From the NCBI GenBank assembly GCA_035277485.1, contig DATEKK010000226.1, positions 28,740-92,739 on the forward strand: a stretch of DNA of 64,000 nucleotides, given 5' to 3'. A model generated the notes under the pieces. The model searched no databases. It was not told the DNA's origin and worked only from the letters and a program-made list of their open reading frames with translations. Origin of the DNA: Gemmatimonadaceae bacterium. GTDB taxonomy: Bacteria > Gemmatimonadota > Gemmatimonadetes > Gemmatimonadales > Gemmatimonadaceae. A program made the position numbers and the translations under genes. Positions 28,152 through 38,800 of this stretch are shown one piece after another (the stretch's first letter is position 1; each line of letters begins with the position of its first letter).

Positions 28152-28227
28152 GCGCTGGCTCGCCTGTAGTGGAGTCTCAGGATTCTAGAGCACTGCATGT
28201 GCCGCGCAAGCGCGGTTGGTCCTTAGG

Positions 28228-28250
28228 ATGCGCGGCGCAGTTCGCCGCGC
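28228..28250 (-). terminator. GC-rich hairpin just downstream of atpH
   Basis: GCGCGGCG-cagtt-CGCCGCGC (8-bp stem), followed by a second small hairpin CCGCGC-aa-GCGCGG at about 28202..28215. No U-tract. Confidence 0.4.
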
Positions 28251-28261
28251 CGTCTCGCATC

Positions 28262-28807
28262 TCAGCGAATGGTGCCGAGCATCCGTGAGCGCAGCATGCC
28301 GAGTCGGCGGCGCACCGATCCATCCATGATCGTATCGCCCACCCGCACGATCGTGCCGCCGAGAATCTCGGGACGCACCACGAAATGCGGTACCACCGTC
28401 TTGCCCAGCACGCGCGACAACCGCGCGGTCACGTCGCGGCCGAGCGTCTGGTCAGGCTCGCGCGCCACGGTCACCGACGCGTGCACGCGATTCTGAATCT
28501 CGTCGACGATGGCGTGGTACTCGACGGCGATGTCGGGAATGAGATGCTGGCGACGATGCGTGATCACCGCTTGCAGGAACCGCACGAACGGACGCGGCAG
28601 GCGATCCGCGAACGCCGCGGCGACGATCTCGTTCTTGCGTTCGGCGCTCACGCGCGGCGACTCGAGGAATCGCGCCAGGCGGATGTCCGCCTGAATGGCG
28701 CCGGCCACTTCGTCGATCAGGCCGCCCCACCCATCGAGATCGGACGCGCGCCGCGCGAGCTCGACGAGCGTCTCGGCGTAGTTGCGCGCGATCGTCGGTT
28801 CTTGCAT
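28262..28807 (-). CDS. atpH: F-type ATP synthase subunit delta (OSCP)
   Basis: 181 aa, IARNYAETLVELA ... OSCP-like. TAATG junction with atpF. Confidence 0.85.
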   Translation of the reverse strand: MQEPTIARNYAETLVELARRASDLDGWGGLIDEVAGAIQADIRLARFLESPRVSAERKNEIVAAAFADRLPRPFVRFLQAVITHRRQHLIPDIAVEYHAIVDEIQNRVHASVTVAREPDQTLGRDVTARLSRVLGKTVVPHFVVRPEILGGTIVRVGDTIMDGSVRRRLGMLRSRMLGTIR

Positions 28808-29388
28808 TAGCGGCTGCCCGCCAGTTCCAGCGAGGCCAGGAAGGACTCGACGACCTTGCGATTCGTTTCGTCGTCGAGGTTCTTCTCGATCACCTTGCTC
28901 GCGCCGCGCACCGCGAGGTTCACCGCGTCGCGACGCAGCTCGACCATCGCCTGCTGGCGCTCGGCTTCGATCTCCTGCCGCGCACGTTCGAGCACTTGCT
29001 GCTGCTCGCGGTGAGCCTGTTCGACAATCTCAGCGCGCACTTTCTCGCCGGCCGCGCGGCCTTCCACCACGAAGCGTTGGGCATCGGCGTGCGCCTGCGC
29101 CACGAGCTTCTTGTGCTCCTCGAGCAGCTTCGCCGCCTCGTCACGATCGTGCTTGGCGTTCTCGATTGCATCTTCGAGGGCCTTCTCGCGCGCCTCGACG
29201 GCCTTCGTAATCGGCTTGAACGCGAACTTCGTCAGCACGAACAGCGTGACGAGGAAAATGACCAGCGTCCAGAACATCAGGCCGCCGTTCGCATTGAGCA
29301 GCTTCGGCGGCTCGGCATGCTGCGCTTGGGCAGCGAGCGGGAGCGCGTTGCCTAACACGAGGACGCAGGTTGCCAGCGACGTGCGCAT
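28807..29388 (-). CDS. atpF: F-type ATP synthase subunit b
   Basis: One N-terminal TM helix followed by a long charged coiled-coil (EAREKALEDAIENAKHDRDEAAKLLEEHK). Confidence 0.8.
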   Translation of the reverse strand: MRTSLATCVLVLGNALPLAAQAQHAEPPKLLNANGGLMFWTLVIFLVTLFVLTKFAFKPITKAVEAREKALEDAIENAKHDRDEAAKLLEEHKKLVAQAHADAQRFVVEGRAAGEKVRAEIVEQAHREQQQVLERARQEIEAERQQAMVELRRDAVNLAVRGASKVIEKNLDDETNRKVVESFLASLELAGSR

Positions 29389-29451
29389 GAGAACGATCCC
29401 CAGAGAGTGACACCCGCGTCGGAAGCCCGGGCCTCCGACGCCGGTGAAATA

Positions 29452-29733
29452 CTAGAACGTGAACTTGTTCTGAATGACGAACGCGACGACGACCGCGAAC
29501 AGCGCGACGCCCTCGATGAGCGCGGCGAGAATCAAACCCGCCGTCTGAATCGAACCAGACGCCTCGGGCTGCCGCGCGATGCCATCGGCCACCTGACCGC
29601 CGATGCGCCCGATGCCGATACCGGCACCGATCGTCGCCAACCCCGCGCCGACGCCGGCGCCTAACATGGCCCACGCGCCCGCGTACTCGCGCGTGAACGA
29701 GCCGGCTGCCTGCAAGAGTGCGAACATGTGCAT
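29452..29733 (-). CDS. atpE: F-type ATP synthase subunit c
   Basis: 93 aa from MHMFALL. Contains GAGIGIGRIGGQVADGIARQPE and LIEGVALFAVVVAF. The ORF-track start at 29871 is an extension. Confidence 0.9.
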   Translation of the reverse strand: MHMFALLQAAGSFTREYAGAWAMLGAGVGAGLATIGAGIGIGRIGGQVADGIARQPEASGSIQTAGLILAALIEGVALFAVVVAFVIQNKFTF

Positions 29734-29926
29734 TGTCGTTGAACTCCGTTCCGTTGACTGATCGTCGCTCCGCGACCGCCTAACTGCGCCGCCGCCGCTC
29801 GTCACCGAGGCCCGGGCCCCAACGAGCTTCCCCGAGTCGTTCGACCGGGTACCCACCTGCAGTCGGAGCACCTTCTGCAGGAGTACAATACGCTTCGACT
29901 TGGTCCGCCTTGTATGTCTCTCGTCC

Positions 29927-30895
29927 CTAGTGCGCTTCCGCCCTGATCAGCCCGATGAACACGCACGAGAGAATCGTGAAGATGTACGCCTGCAAGAATG
30001 CCACGAAAATCTCGAGCAGACTGCTGCCCACGCCCATGATCACCGCCGGGATACCGACCAAATAGCTGGCGAACGTGAAGATGAGGCTGATCAATGCCAA
30101 CAGCACCACGTGACCCGCCGTCATGTTCGCGAACAATCGGATGGCGAGCGCGAACGGTTTCGTGAACTTGCCGATGATTTCCACCACCGTCATGATCGGC
30201 ACCATGAAGACCTTGACCCACAGCGGAATTTCCTTGGGCGGCACATAGAAAATCGTGCGCAGATAGCGCCAGCCCTGCGTCTTCATGCCCGTCACCTCCA
30301 CCACGACGAAGGTGACGATAGCCAGCATCCCCGTCACGGAGATGTTGCCCGTTGCCGTCGATCCGTAAGGCACCAAGCCCAGGAGATTCGCGAACAGGAT
30401 GAAGAAGAACAGCGTGAGCCCGAACGGCACGAAGGCGTTGCCGTGCGGCCCGACATTCGCGAGCACCACGTCGTTGCGGATGTAGAGCACGACGGCTTCG
30501 ATCCCGGTCGCGAATCCTCTGGGCGACCCGCGCGCCGTGTGGTGACGTTCGTGTGCGATCGCCGCGGGAATGAGCACGAGCATACAGAGCACCGCGGCCA
30601 CGCCGAGCATCACCACATGCTTGGTCGGAGACAAATCGACCTCGAGCGACCCGATGTGCACCGGCTTCCAGCGTGGAAGCTCGATCTCGCCCACGAACGG
30701 CAGCTCGAGCGAGTGCGAGTCCGTGATGTGGGGCATGATGATGTCCACCGGCCCGGCCTGCTGTCCCGTTAGGCGATCTCCCCGCGGACCCACGTGCACC
30801 TGCTCGGCCGACGTCGCTTGGGGCGCGGCCTGCGCCCGCACGCAGATCGGCGCCGCCGCACACGCGAGGGCAAGAACGAGCGAACGAAAAGTCAT
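29927..30895 (-). CDS. atpB: F-type ATP synthase subunit a
   Basis: ATG 30895 overlaps the upstream stop (ATGA). Contains LAIRLFANMTAGH, the conserved Arg helix. The ORF-track start at 31357 is an extension. Confidence 0.9.
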   Translation of the reverse strand: MTFRSLVLALACAAAPICVRAQAAPQATSAEQVHVGPRGDRLTGQQAGPVDIIMPHITDSHSLELPFVGEIELPRWKPVHIGSLEVDLSPTKHVVMLGVAAVLCMLVLIPAAIAHERHHTARGSPRGFATGIEAVVLYIRNDVVLANVGPHGNAFVPFGLTLFFFILFANLLGLVPYGSTATGNISVTGMLAIVTFVVVEVTGMKTQGWRYLRTIFYVPPKEIPLWVKVFMVPIMTVVEIIGKFTKPFALAIRLFANMTAGHVVLLALISLIFTFASYLVGIPAVIMGVGSSLLEIFVAFLQAYIFTILSCVFIGLIRAEAH

Positions 30896-31245
30896 CGTTT
30901 GAGCAGCAGTGGTTCGACCAGTGTCGTCACGAAGAAAAACGTCGCCAAACTGATCAGCGCCGGCTCCGCGCGCAGCCCCAGCATCTTCACGAGCCAGAAT
31001 CCCATCACCGCCAACGCCGCAAGCCTGAGCAGCATCCCCAATCCCCACGCCGGAAACACGTTCGTGCCGGCTCCCGCAACCACCAGCACCACGGCGAACG
31101 CAAAAATCTGGACCGCAAAGGCAATCGCCGCGCTCACGTGAATCGCATGCGCATCGCCCGGAAGTCGGAACAAGAGACCGAGCAAGAACGCAGCAAGCAC
31201 GATCAAGACCGCACAAGCGGCGACGAAACACATCACCCGCTTCAC
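30892..31245 (-). CDS. atpI: ATP synthase protein I-like hydrophobic protein
   Basis: 117 aa with four hydrophobic segments, positioned between atpZ and atpB. GTGA overlap upstream and ATGA overlap downstream. Confidence 0.5.
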   Translation of the reverse strand: MKRVMCFVAACAVLIVLAAFLLGLLFRLPGDAHAIHVSAAIAFAVQIFAFAVVLVVAGAGTNVFPAWGLGMLLRLAALAVMGFWLVKMLGLRAEPALISLATFFFVTTLVEPLLLKR

Positions 31246-31556
31246 TGCTCGCCCCCGCCTCGACGTCCCTCGTCAGTCGAGCCCTGTCCGTCCTTCGGTT
31301 TCGTCGATGCCATGAGCGCGCGATACATCGAATAGAATCCGGCGAACGCCCCGACAAACGCTCCTAACACCAACAACCACGGCGAGGTACCCAGCTTGCC
31401 ATCGAGCCAGCGCCCGAGGTACACGAACAGGAGAATCGACAAGACCAGCTGGATGCCCGACCCCGCAAACACCATCGGAGACGGCCCGCCGGTCGATGAC
31501 CCTCTCGGCCCGCGCCCAGTAGCAGGCGCACCCGGTCGCCGCTCTGGATCTCTCAT
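31242..31556 (-). CDS. atpZ: AtpZ/ATPase_gene1 family small membrane protein
   Basis: Contains FAGSGIQLVLSILLFVYLGRWLDGKLGTSPWLLVLGAFVGAFAGF. First gene of the atp cluster. Confidence 0.6.
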   Translation of the reverse strand: MRDPERRPGAPATGRGPRGSSTGGPSPMVFAGSGIQLVLSILLFVYLGRWLDGKLGTSPWLLVLGAFVGAFAGFYSMYRALMASTKPKDGQGSTDEGRRGGGEQ

Positions 31557-31781
31557 GCGCGCGGAAATGTAGGAGCTTGTGAAATTTTTCGCAAGCTAAA
31601 GAAGACCCCGCTCCAACCCACCGGACATAATAACCGTCTAATCGCCAAGTTTCGGTATCAACATAACTTACGCGTTACCCCGCCCTTGACGGCTCGTCCC
31701 GATGTTGATAACTTCGCCCTCAGTTACCCTGTCGCCCTTTGCCCCCTGCGACCGCCCCGCTTTCCGGCCGGTCCCCATCTC

Positions 31782-32264
31782 ATGAGCTCCCGCTTCGTCA
31801 TCTGGTTACTCTGCGCCGGCGCCGTGTTCGTGGCCTGGAGTCCCCACGCCAAACACAACGAGTCCGCCGCCAGCACGACGAACGAACATCGATCGGACAC
31901 CATCCCCAAAAAGGTCGCGCCCACCGCTGCCCTCACCGCCGCCGCGCGAGTCACGGTCAACCACTCCGTCAAAGTCAGCCTGCGCGTCACGAACGTCGCC
32001 GATCACGCCGTCGAAATCAATTTCCCCTCCGGAAAAACCCACGACGTCGTCATCCTCGATTCTTTAGGCCACGAAGTCTGGCGCTGGAGCGAAGGCCGCA
32101 TGTTCACCCAAGCGGTCCGCAACACACTACTCGGCGCTAACGAGACCGTGACCTACGAAGAGACCTGGAATCCCGGCACTCGCACCGGTGACTTTACCGC
32201 GGTCGCGCGCCTCGAGAGCAACAATCATCCCATGCAGCAGCGCACCGACTTCACGCTGCCTTAA
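31782..32264 (+). CDS. BsuPI-like intracellular proteinase inhibitor domain protein (exported)
   Basis: Starts MSSRFVIWLLCAGAVFVAWS. Contains VSLRVTNVADHAVEINFPSGKTHDVVILDSLGHEVWRWSEGRMFTQA. Confidence 0.55.
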   Translation: MSSRFVIWLLCAGAVFVAWSPHAKHNESAASTTNEHRSDTIPKKVAPTAALTAAARVTVNHSVKVSLRVTNVADHAVEINFPSGKTHDVVILDSLGHEVWRWSEGRMFTQAVRNTLLGANETVTYEETWNPGTRTGDFTAVARLESNNHPMQQRTDFTLP

Positions 32265-32343
32265 TCGAACACCCCACCACCCTTAACGCCTTCCGCTCCC
32301 GCCGCTACCTTTCGCACAAACCCGCGGCGAACTCGGAGGGCGT

Positions 32344-33348
<1,005 letters not shown>

Positions 33349-33370
33349 GCGGCGGATCGGCCTAACTGGG

Positions 33371-35224
33371 TTAGTCCGTATCGCCGTCGGCGTCGGCCTC
33401 GCCGCCCCACCACCGGCGCCACCACGGCGCCCGCGACTCCGGCGCCAACGTCCGGTCCACCGCCGCCCGCCACGCGTCGCGCATCTCGGCGGCATCCCCG
33501 AACCGCTGCTCCGCCACCGGCGCCAACCCGCGCTCCAACCACTCGGCCACCGCCTCGGGATATCCGCTCAGATCCACGTCGCCCGACAGCTCGCGCCCCA
33601 GAATCGCACGCCCGTCGCCGGTCCCGAACGGCGGCTCGCCCGACAACAGGTACGTCACGATCGCCGCCAGCCCGAAACAGTCGACCGCCGCCCCCTGCGC
33701 TTCGCCTAACAATTGCTCCGGCGCCGCGAACTCCGGCGTCCCCGTCGTGCCGCTCAGCAGCTCCTCGCCCGAAATCTTCGCGACGCCGAAGTCGGCGATC
33801 CGCCAGCGCCGATGCCGGTCGATCAGAATGTTCTCCGGCTTGAGATCGCGGTGCACGATGCCGATCGCATGCGCCGCCGCGAGCCCGTCCAACACCTGGT
33901 CGACGTGTGACGCGATCTGCTCCACCGACCGCGCCCCCGATCGCTTCACCAGATCCGTGAGCGACCCATTCTCGGCCAGCTCCATCGTGTACCACGACAC
34001 GCCGCCGTTGCTGTCCCAATCGTAGATCGGCACGATCGCCGGATGCGCGAGCTGCGCCGCCAGTTGCGCCTCCCGGCGGAACCGACGCACCGCGATCTCG
34101 TCGTTCGCCACCTGCGGGTGCAGCATCTTGAGCGCCACCTCGCGCTCCAGCGTGAGATCCCGCACCCGCCACACCGAGCCGAACGTGCCGGAGCCTAACC
34201 GCGCGATCACCTCGTAGTCCTCGCCCGTCGCCCACCGCAGCCGCTCCTCTTCCGCATCGCCTAACGAGCGAATCGCGGGCATCGACCCGCTGATGTACAC
34301 GGACGACCGCCCGCCGCCGCCCACGGCGCGATCCAGCTCGCGCAGCATCGCCGCCACCGAGTGATACCGGTGCTCCGGATCGCGCTCCAACGCGCGATTG
34401 AGCACGCGCGCCACGGCCTGCGGACAATCCGGTCGCACGAGCGGGAGAGGCGGTACCTCGGGCGGCGGATACTCGCCGGTGAGCGACGCGAATGCAGTCG
34501 CGGCCAGCTGCCATTGATCGCTCTCGGGCGTCGGCAGCCACTCGCCGTCCGGCCACTCGGGTGCACGCGGCAGCCGCCCGGGGAACGGCGCCAACCCCCC
34601 TGGTATTAGGTGACGCGGCAGCACCCACTCCCACGCCAGCAACCAGAGTTGACCCGTCGGCGTCAGCCAAATCGATTCGCCACACACAGCACCGTGCGCC
34701 GTACCCGTCGTATGCAGATACGCGAGCGCCTGCCCGGTAGACCGCAGCAGTTGCAACGATGTGCTGAGATCATCCGGTCCCACTCGCCGGATTCGCCCCG
34801 CCACGCTCTCGCCCGATATCCACCGTCGCACATACGCCGGCCCGCGCCGGCTCTGCGCCCCACCCGGCCACCAGTCGTACGCTGTCGGGATCGACGCGTG
34901 CGCTCGATGCGCCAGCGCACGCGCCTCTGCGCCCAACCACACGGCATGCGTGGGATCCGGCACCGTCACCAACGACAGCGAGCGGCCGAGCGCGTCCACC
35001 ACTTCCTGATAGTGACGGTACTCGCCCAGGACGCCCTCGGCGCCCCACGACCAGCCCGCGGGTAGTTGCCAGCCCTCGATGTGTGACGGAAGTTTCGCCG
35101 TCACGCTGTGCGGCGACGATGCGCCCGGGGCCAAAGGCGAGACACCCGATTCGGGCGCGGCGGCCGGTGACGCCGGCGCCCCTCCGGGACGCGAGCCGGC
35201 GCCGGTGGGCGGCGTGACGGTCAC
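33371..35224 (-). CDS. Ser/Thr protein kinase with an N-terminal degenerate (pseudo)kinase domain
   Basis: The C-terminal half has LGSGTFGSVW, VALK, HRDLKPENIL, DFG and APE. The N-terminal half has kinase C-lobe-like LAYLHTTGTAHGAVCGESIWL, DQWQLAATAFASLTG and ALERDPEHRY, but lacks HRD Asp and DFG. Confidence 0.8.
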   Translation of the reverse strand: MTVTPPTGAGSRPGGAPASPAAAPESGVSPLAPGASSPHSVTAKLPSHIEGWQLPAGWSWGAEGVLGEYRHYQEVVDALGRSLSLVTVPDPTHAVWLGAEARALAHRAHASIPTAYDWWPGGAQSRRGPAYVRRWISGESVAGRIRRVGPDDLSTSLQLLRSTGQALAYLHTTGTAHGAVCGESIWLTPTGQLWLLAWEWVLPRHLIPGGLAPFPGRLPRAPEWPDGEWLPTPESDQWQLAATAFASLTGEYPPPEVPPLPLVRPDCPQAVARVLNRALERDPEHRYHSVAAMLRELDRAVGGGGRSSVYISGSMPAIRSLGDAEEERLRWATGEDYEVIARLGSGTFGSVWRVRDLTLEREVALKMLHPQVANDEIAVRRFRREAQLAAQLAHPAIVPIYDWDSNGGVSWYTMELAENGSLTDLVKRSGARSVEQIASHVDQVLDGLAAAHAIGIVHRDLKPENILIDRHRRWRIADFGVAKISGEELLSGTTGTPEFAAPEQLLGEAQGAAVDCFGLAAIVTYLLSGEPPFGTGDGRAILGRELSGDVDLSGYPEAVAEWLERGLAPVAEQRFGDAAEMRDAWRAAVDRTLAPESRAPWWRRWWGGEADADGDTD

Positions 35225-35279
35225 GAGCCAAACCTACAGTCAGTGCCGGCCACGGCCAAGCACGCAATCAACGAGCGTC

Positions 35280-35789
35280 ATGGACACCACTCTCTCTGCA
35301 CCCAGCATCGTCTTCGAGCCGCTCTTCGATGGCGTGATCGCTCCCTCGCGCGCCACCGCTGGCGCTGCCGGCTACGACGTCCGCGCACACCTTGAAGGTC
35401 GCACGGTCCGCGCATGGCGCGATGGCGCCGAGGTGATGCTCGCGGCGAGCGCACACGGCACGTGCGACGTCGAGCCCGGCGATGTCGCGCTCATCCCACT
35501 CGGCTTTCGCGCACGGCTCCCCGCGGGTTACGAGGCACAGGTGCGCCTCCGCAGCTCGATCGCGTTTCGCCGCGGCCTCATCCTGCCCAACGCACCCGGC
35601 ACTATCGATGCCGACTATCCCGACGAATGGCTCGTGATGGTGCGCAACGTGTCTGCCCAACGCATCACCATCGAGCACGGCGAGCGCATCGCCCAGATCA
35701 TTCTCCATCGCTACGCGACACTCGAGTGGTCCGCCGGCGTCGTCACGCGATCCACCGATCGCAGCGGCGGCATCGGCAGCACGGGCTAA
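35280..35789 (+). CDS. dut: dUTP diphosphatase
   Basis: Contains AGAAGYDVRA, RSSIAFRRGLILPNAPGTIDADY and a C-terminal RSGGIGSTG. Confidence 0.85.
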   Translation: MDTTLSAPSIVFEPLFDGVIAPSRATAGAAGYDVRAHLEGRTVRAWRDGAEVMLAASAHGTCDVEPGDVALIPLGFRARLPAGYEAQVRLRSSIAFRRGLILPNAPGTIDADYPDEWLVMVRNVSAQRITIEHGERIAQIILHRYATLEWSAGVVTRSTDRSGGIGSTG

Positions 35790-35895
35790 CTGGACGTGCG
35801 CTGCCTAACGATCCGTATGACAGTGTAATACGAATGACGCTCGCGTGACGAGCTCGGCGTTAGTACCTTGGTCGGGCGCGAAACACGGCACGAGG

Positions 35896-38800
35896 ATGCG
35901 TCACATGATTCACCTGGTTGGACTCGGACACGCCGTCATCACCATCGGCGTCACCCGCCTTACGCAAGCCAGCGAAACCTTGTTCGCCTCGGCGCTGCTG
36001 TTCGTGTCCGAAGCCGGCCGGCCCATCGAGCGACACCGGATCATCGATTTGCTCTGGCCGCGCATTTCCGCCCAACGCGCGAGCCATCGCCTCCGGCAAA
36101 CCCTCTATCGCCTCAACACACTCGGCGCCGCGCTCCGATCGGATCGCGGCCACATCACGTTGCCCGCGAGATCCGCGCAGTCGGATTTCGGAGAAGTGCT
36201 CGCCGCCGGCCGCAGTGCCGATCCCAATCGTGTCGCGGAGCTGGTACAGGGTCCATTTCTCCCTGGCTACTCGCCGCGCTTCTCACCCACGTTCAGCGAA
36301 TGGCTCGAGCGCGAACGCGATGTCGTCACATCGGGATTGCGACGCGTTCTCGTCGCCGCGATTGCCGCACAGCGCGAGCGAAATGATTGGGCTGCCGTCG
36401 AGCGGCTCGCCACACGATGCCTGTTGCTCGATCCGCTCAACGAAGAAGCCACGCTCGCACTCGCCGAAGCGGCCGCATTCCACGGCAGCAAAGTTCGCGC
36501 ACTCGAGATCCTCGATTCCTACCTGCGCGAGCTCGGCCCGGGCGCCGGCGACATCCGCGTGCCCGCCACGCTGCTCCGACGACGAATCGCCGAAGCGTAC
36601 CGCGCCGCTCCCGAGCCGCAGCGCGCATCGCAAGTCGGACGCGACCAGGAAATGCTCGACATGAAACGCGTCCTCCACGGTCTCTTTTCGGCCCGCGGCG
36701 AGACCTGCCTCGTCTGCGGCGAAGAAGGCATCGGCAAAACGCGATTCGCCACCGAGGTCGCGTGCGCCGCCCAACTCGATGGCATCAAAGTCGTCCGCGT
36801 CGAATGCCAGGCACACGACGTCGAACGCCCGCTCGCCGGTATCGTCGAAGTCATGCGACGCGTTCGCGCGATGCGCGGCGCGATAGCTGTGGGCGAAGGT
36901 TCCAAGCGCACCCTCGATGCGGTCCTCGTCGCAAGCGAACCCGCTGCCGGACCAGAAGTGGGCGACATGGATCAATTCTGCGCGCGCATCCGCGTCGCAC
37001 TCATCGACCTCCTCGACGCCGTGTCGCACGAGCAACCCGTTGTCCTCATCATGGAGGACGTCCAGTGGCTCGACCGCGCATCGTGGACGTGCGTCCGGGC
37101 GTTGTCCCGGTGGGCACTCAAGCACCGCGCCCTCCTGGTCCTCACCGCGCGGCAGAACGACCTCGGCCAACGCTTCGATTGTGCGGACGACGTGCGCCCC
37201 CGTCTCGTGCGCCTCAAGCCGCTCGATGATCCCGCCAGTCGCTCACTCATCCGCCGCATCGTGAGCGGATCGGTTCGCGACGGAAACGAGCCCTTCGCCG
37301 AATGGTGCGTTGCTCGCGGCGGCGGCAATCCCTACGTGCTCACCGAGCTCGCGGTGCACGCCGAAGGCGAAACCGAACCGTTTCGCGCGCCCGCGGCGCT
37401 CGAGCGTATCGCCGCCGAACGGCTCGCTGGATTGAGCGATGTCCCGCTCCGGATTCTGCAGGCCATCGCCGTCCTCGGCCCGGCTTCATCTACCCGGCGC
37501 GTGGAAGAATTGCTGGGCGCCACTCGGTTAGGCCTGCTCGACGGGCTCGACACGCTGAGCACCGCCGGCATGATCGGCCTCGAGGGCGATCGCATTGTCC
37601 TTCGCCACCGGCTCACCGCCGAAGCCGCACTCGAGCGGCTGTCCAGGCCCGCGCGGCAACTGCTCCACCGGCGCGCCGCGGAACTGCTCGAGCGCGAGCG
37701 CACCACCGACGCCTCCGACTTGCTGGCCGGCGAATGCGCGGAACATTGGCGGTACGCGGGCGAACACACGCGCGCCATCGAGCTCTTGACCGGCGCCGCG
37801 TCCCGCCTGACGGGGCTCGGCATGCCGATCGAGGCCGCACGACTGTATGAGCGTGCTGCGCAAATCACCACATCCGCGCCGGACAAGCTGCACCACCTCG
37901 CCGCCCGTGCCCACGCGCTCTTTTTGGGCGCCGACTGGGAGCCGTTCGTGCACGTCGCAACCGAGTTGGAATCGCTGCAACGCCACACCCCTGCCTCGCC
38001 GGACAACCACGACGACACCGAGCTCGAGTTGTCGCTCGCCAAGTGGAGGCTCGGCGCCGACCGCCGCGAGCTGCTCGCCGACGCCACGCGCTGCGCGGCG
38101 GCCGCCACTGCCTCCGAGTCGCACCGCGTCCTCGCGGCCGCGTGGGCGCTCATGCTCGCCGACAACCTGTGCGACGAGCGCGCCGCGAGCGCGGTGATGC
38201 GCGCCGTCACGCCCGCCCTCGGCAAAGCCGGCATCGACGAGGGCGCCGCGGCGTGTCTGCACATGGTGTACCACACCGCCTTCGGCAATCCGCAGACGGG
38301 CCTCGACGCCGCACGCCGCCTAACGGACACGCAGCTCGCCGCGCCGGATGGCGGCAACAAGGCCAAGTACCTGTCGCACGCGGCGGCAGCGCTCCGGCTC
38401 TGCGGCGCCCCGATCCCCGAGGCTCGTCAGGCTGCCGCGGCCGCGCTCGAGATCGCGCAACGACTCGGACTCGCCGCCTACGCGGCGCCGGCCGCCAACC
38501 AGATCACCCTGACATTTCTGGCCGAGGGCGATACGGCCAAGGCCCGCGCATGGTTCGAGAAAGCGCTCTGGCTCATGGAACACAGCGTGGACACCGTCGG
38601 CCGCTCCACCATCCTGAGCAACGGCGCCGAGATCGCGCTGCGCGAACGCCGGTTAGGCGACGCCGAGCGACTGATCATGGAGAGCGAAAAGGCCGTCGGC
38701 CGCGCGCGCTCGCCGCGCGCCGACATTCGACACGTCTCGTTCCGCTGGCGCCTCGGCCTCCTCCGCGGCGATGCGAACCCCACGGAGCACGACCTCACAC

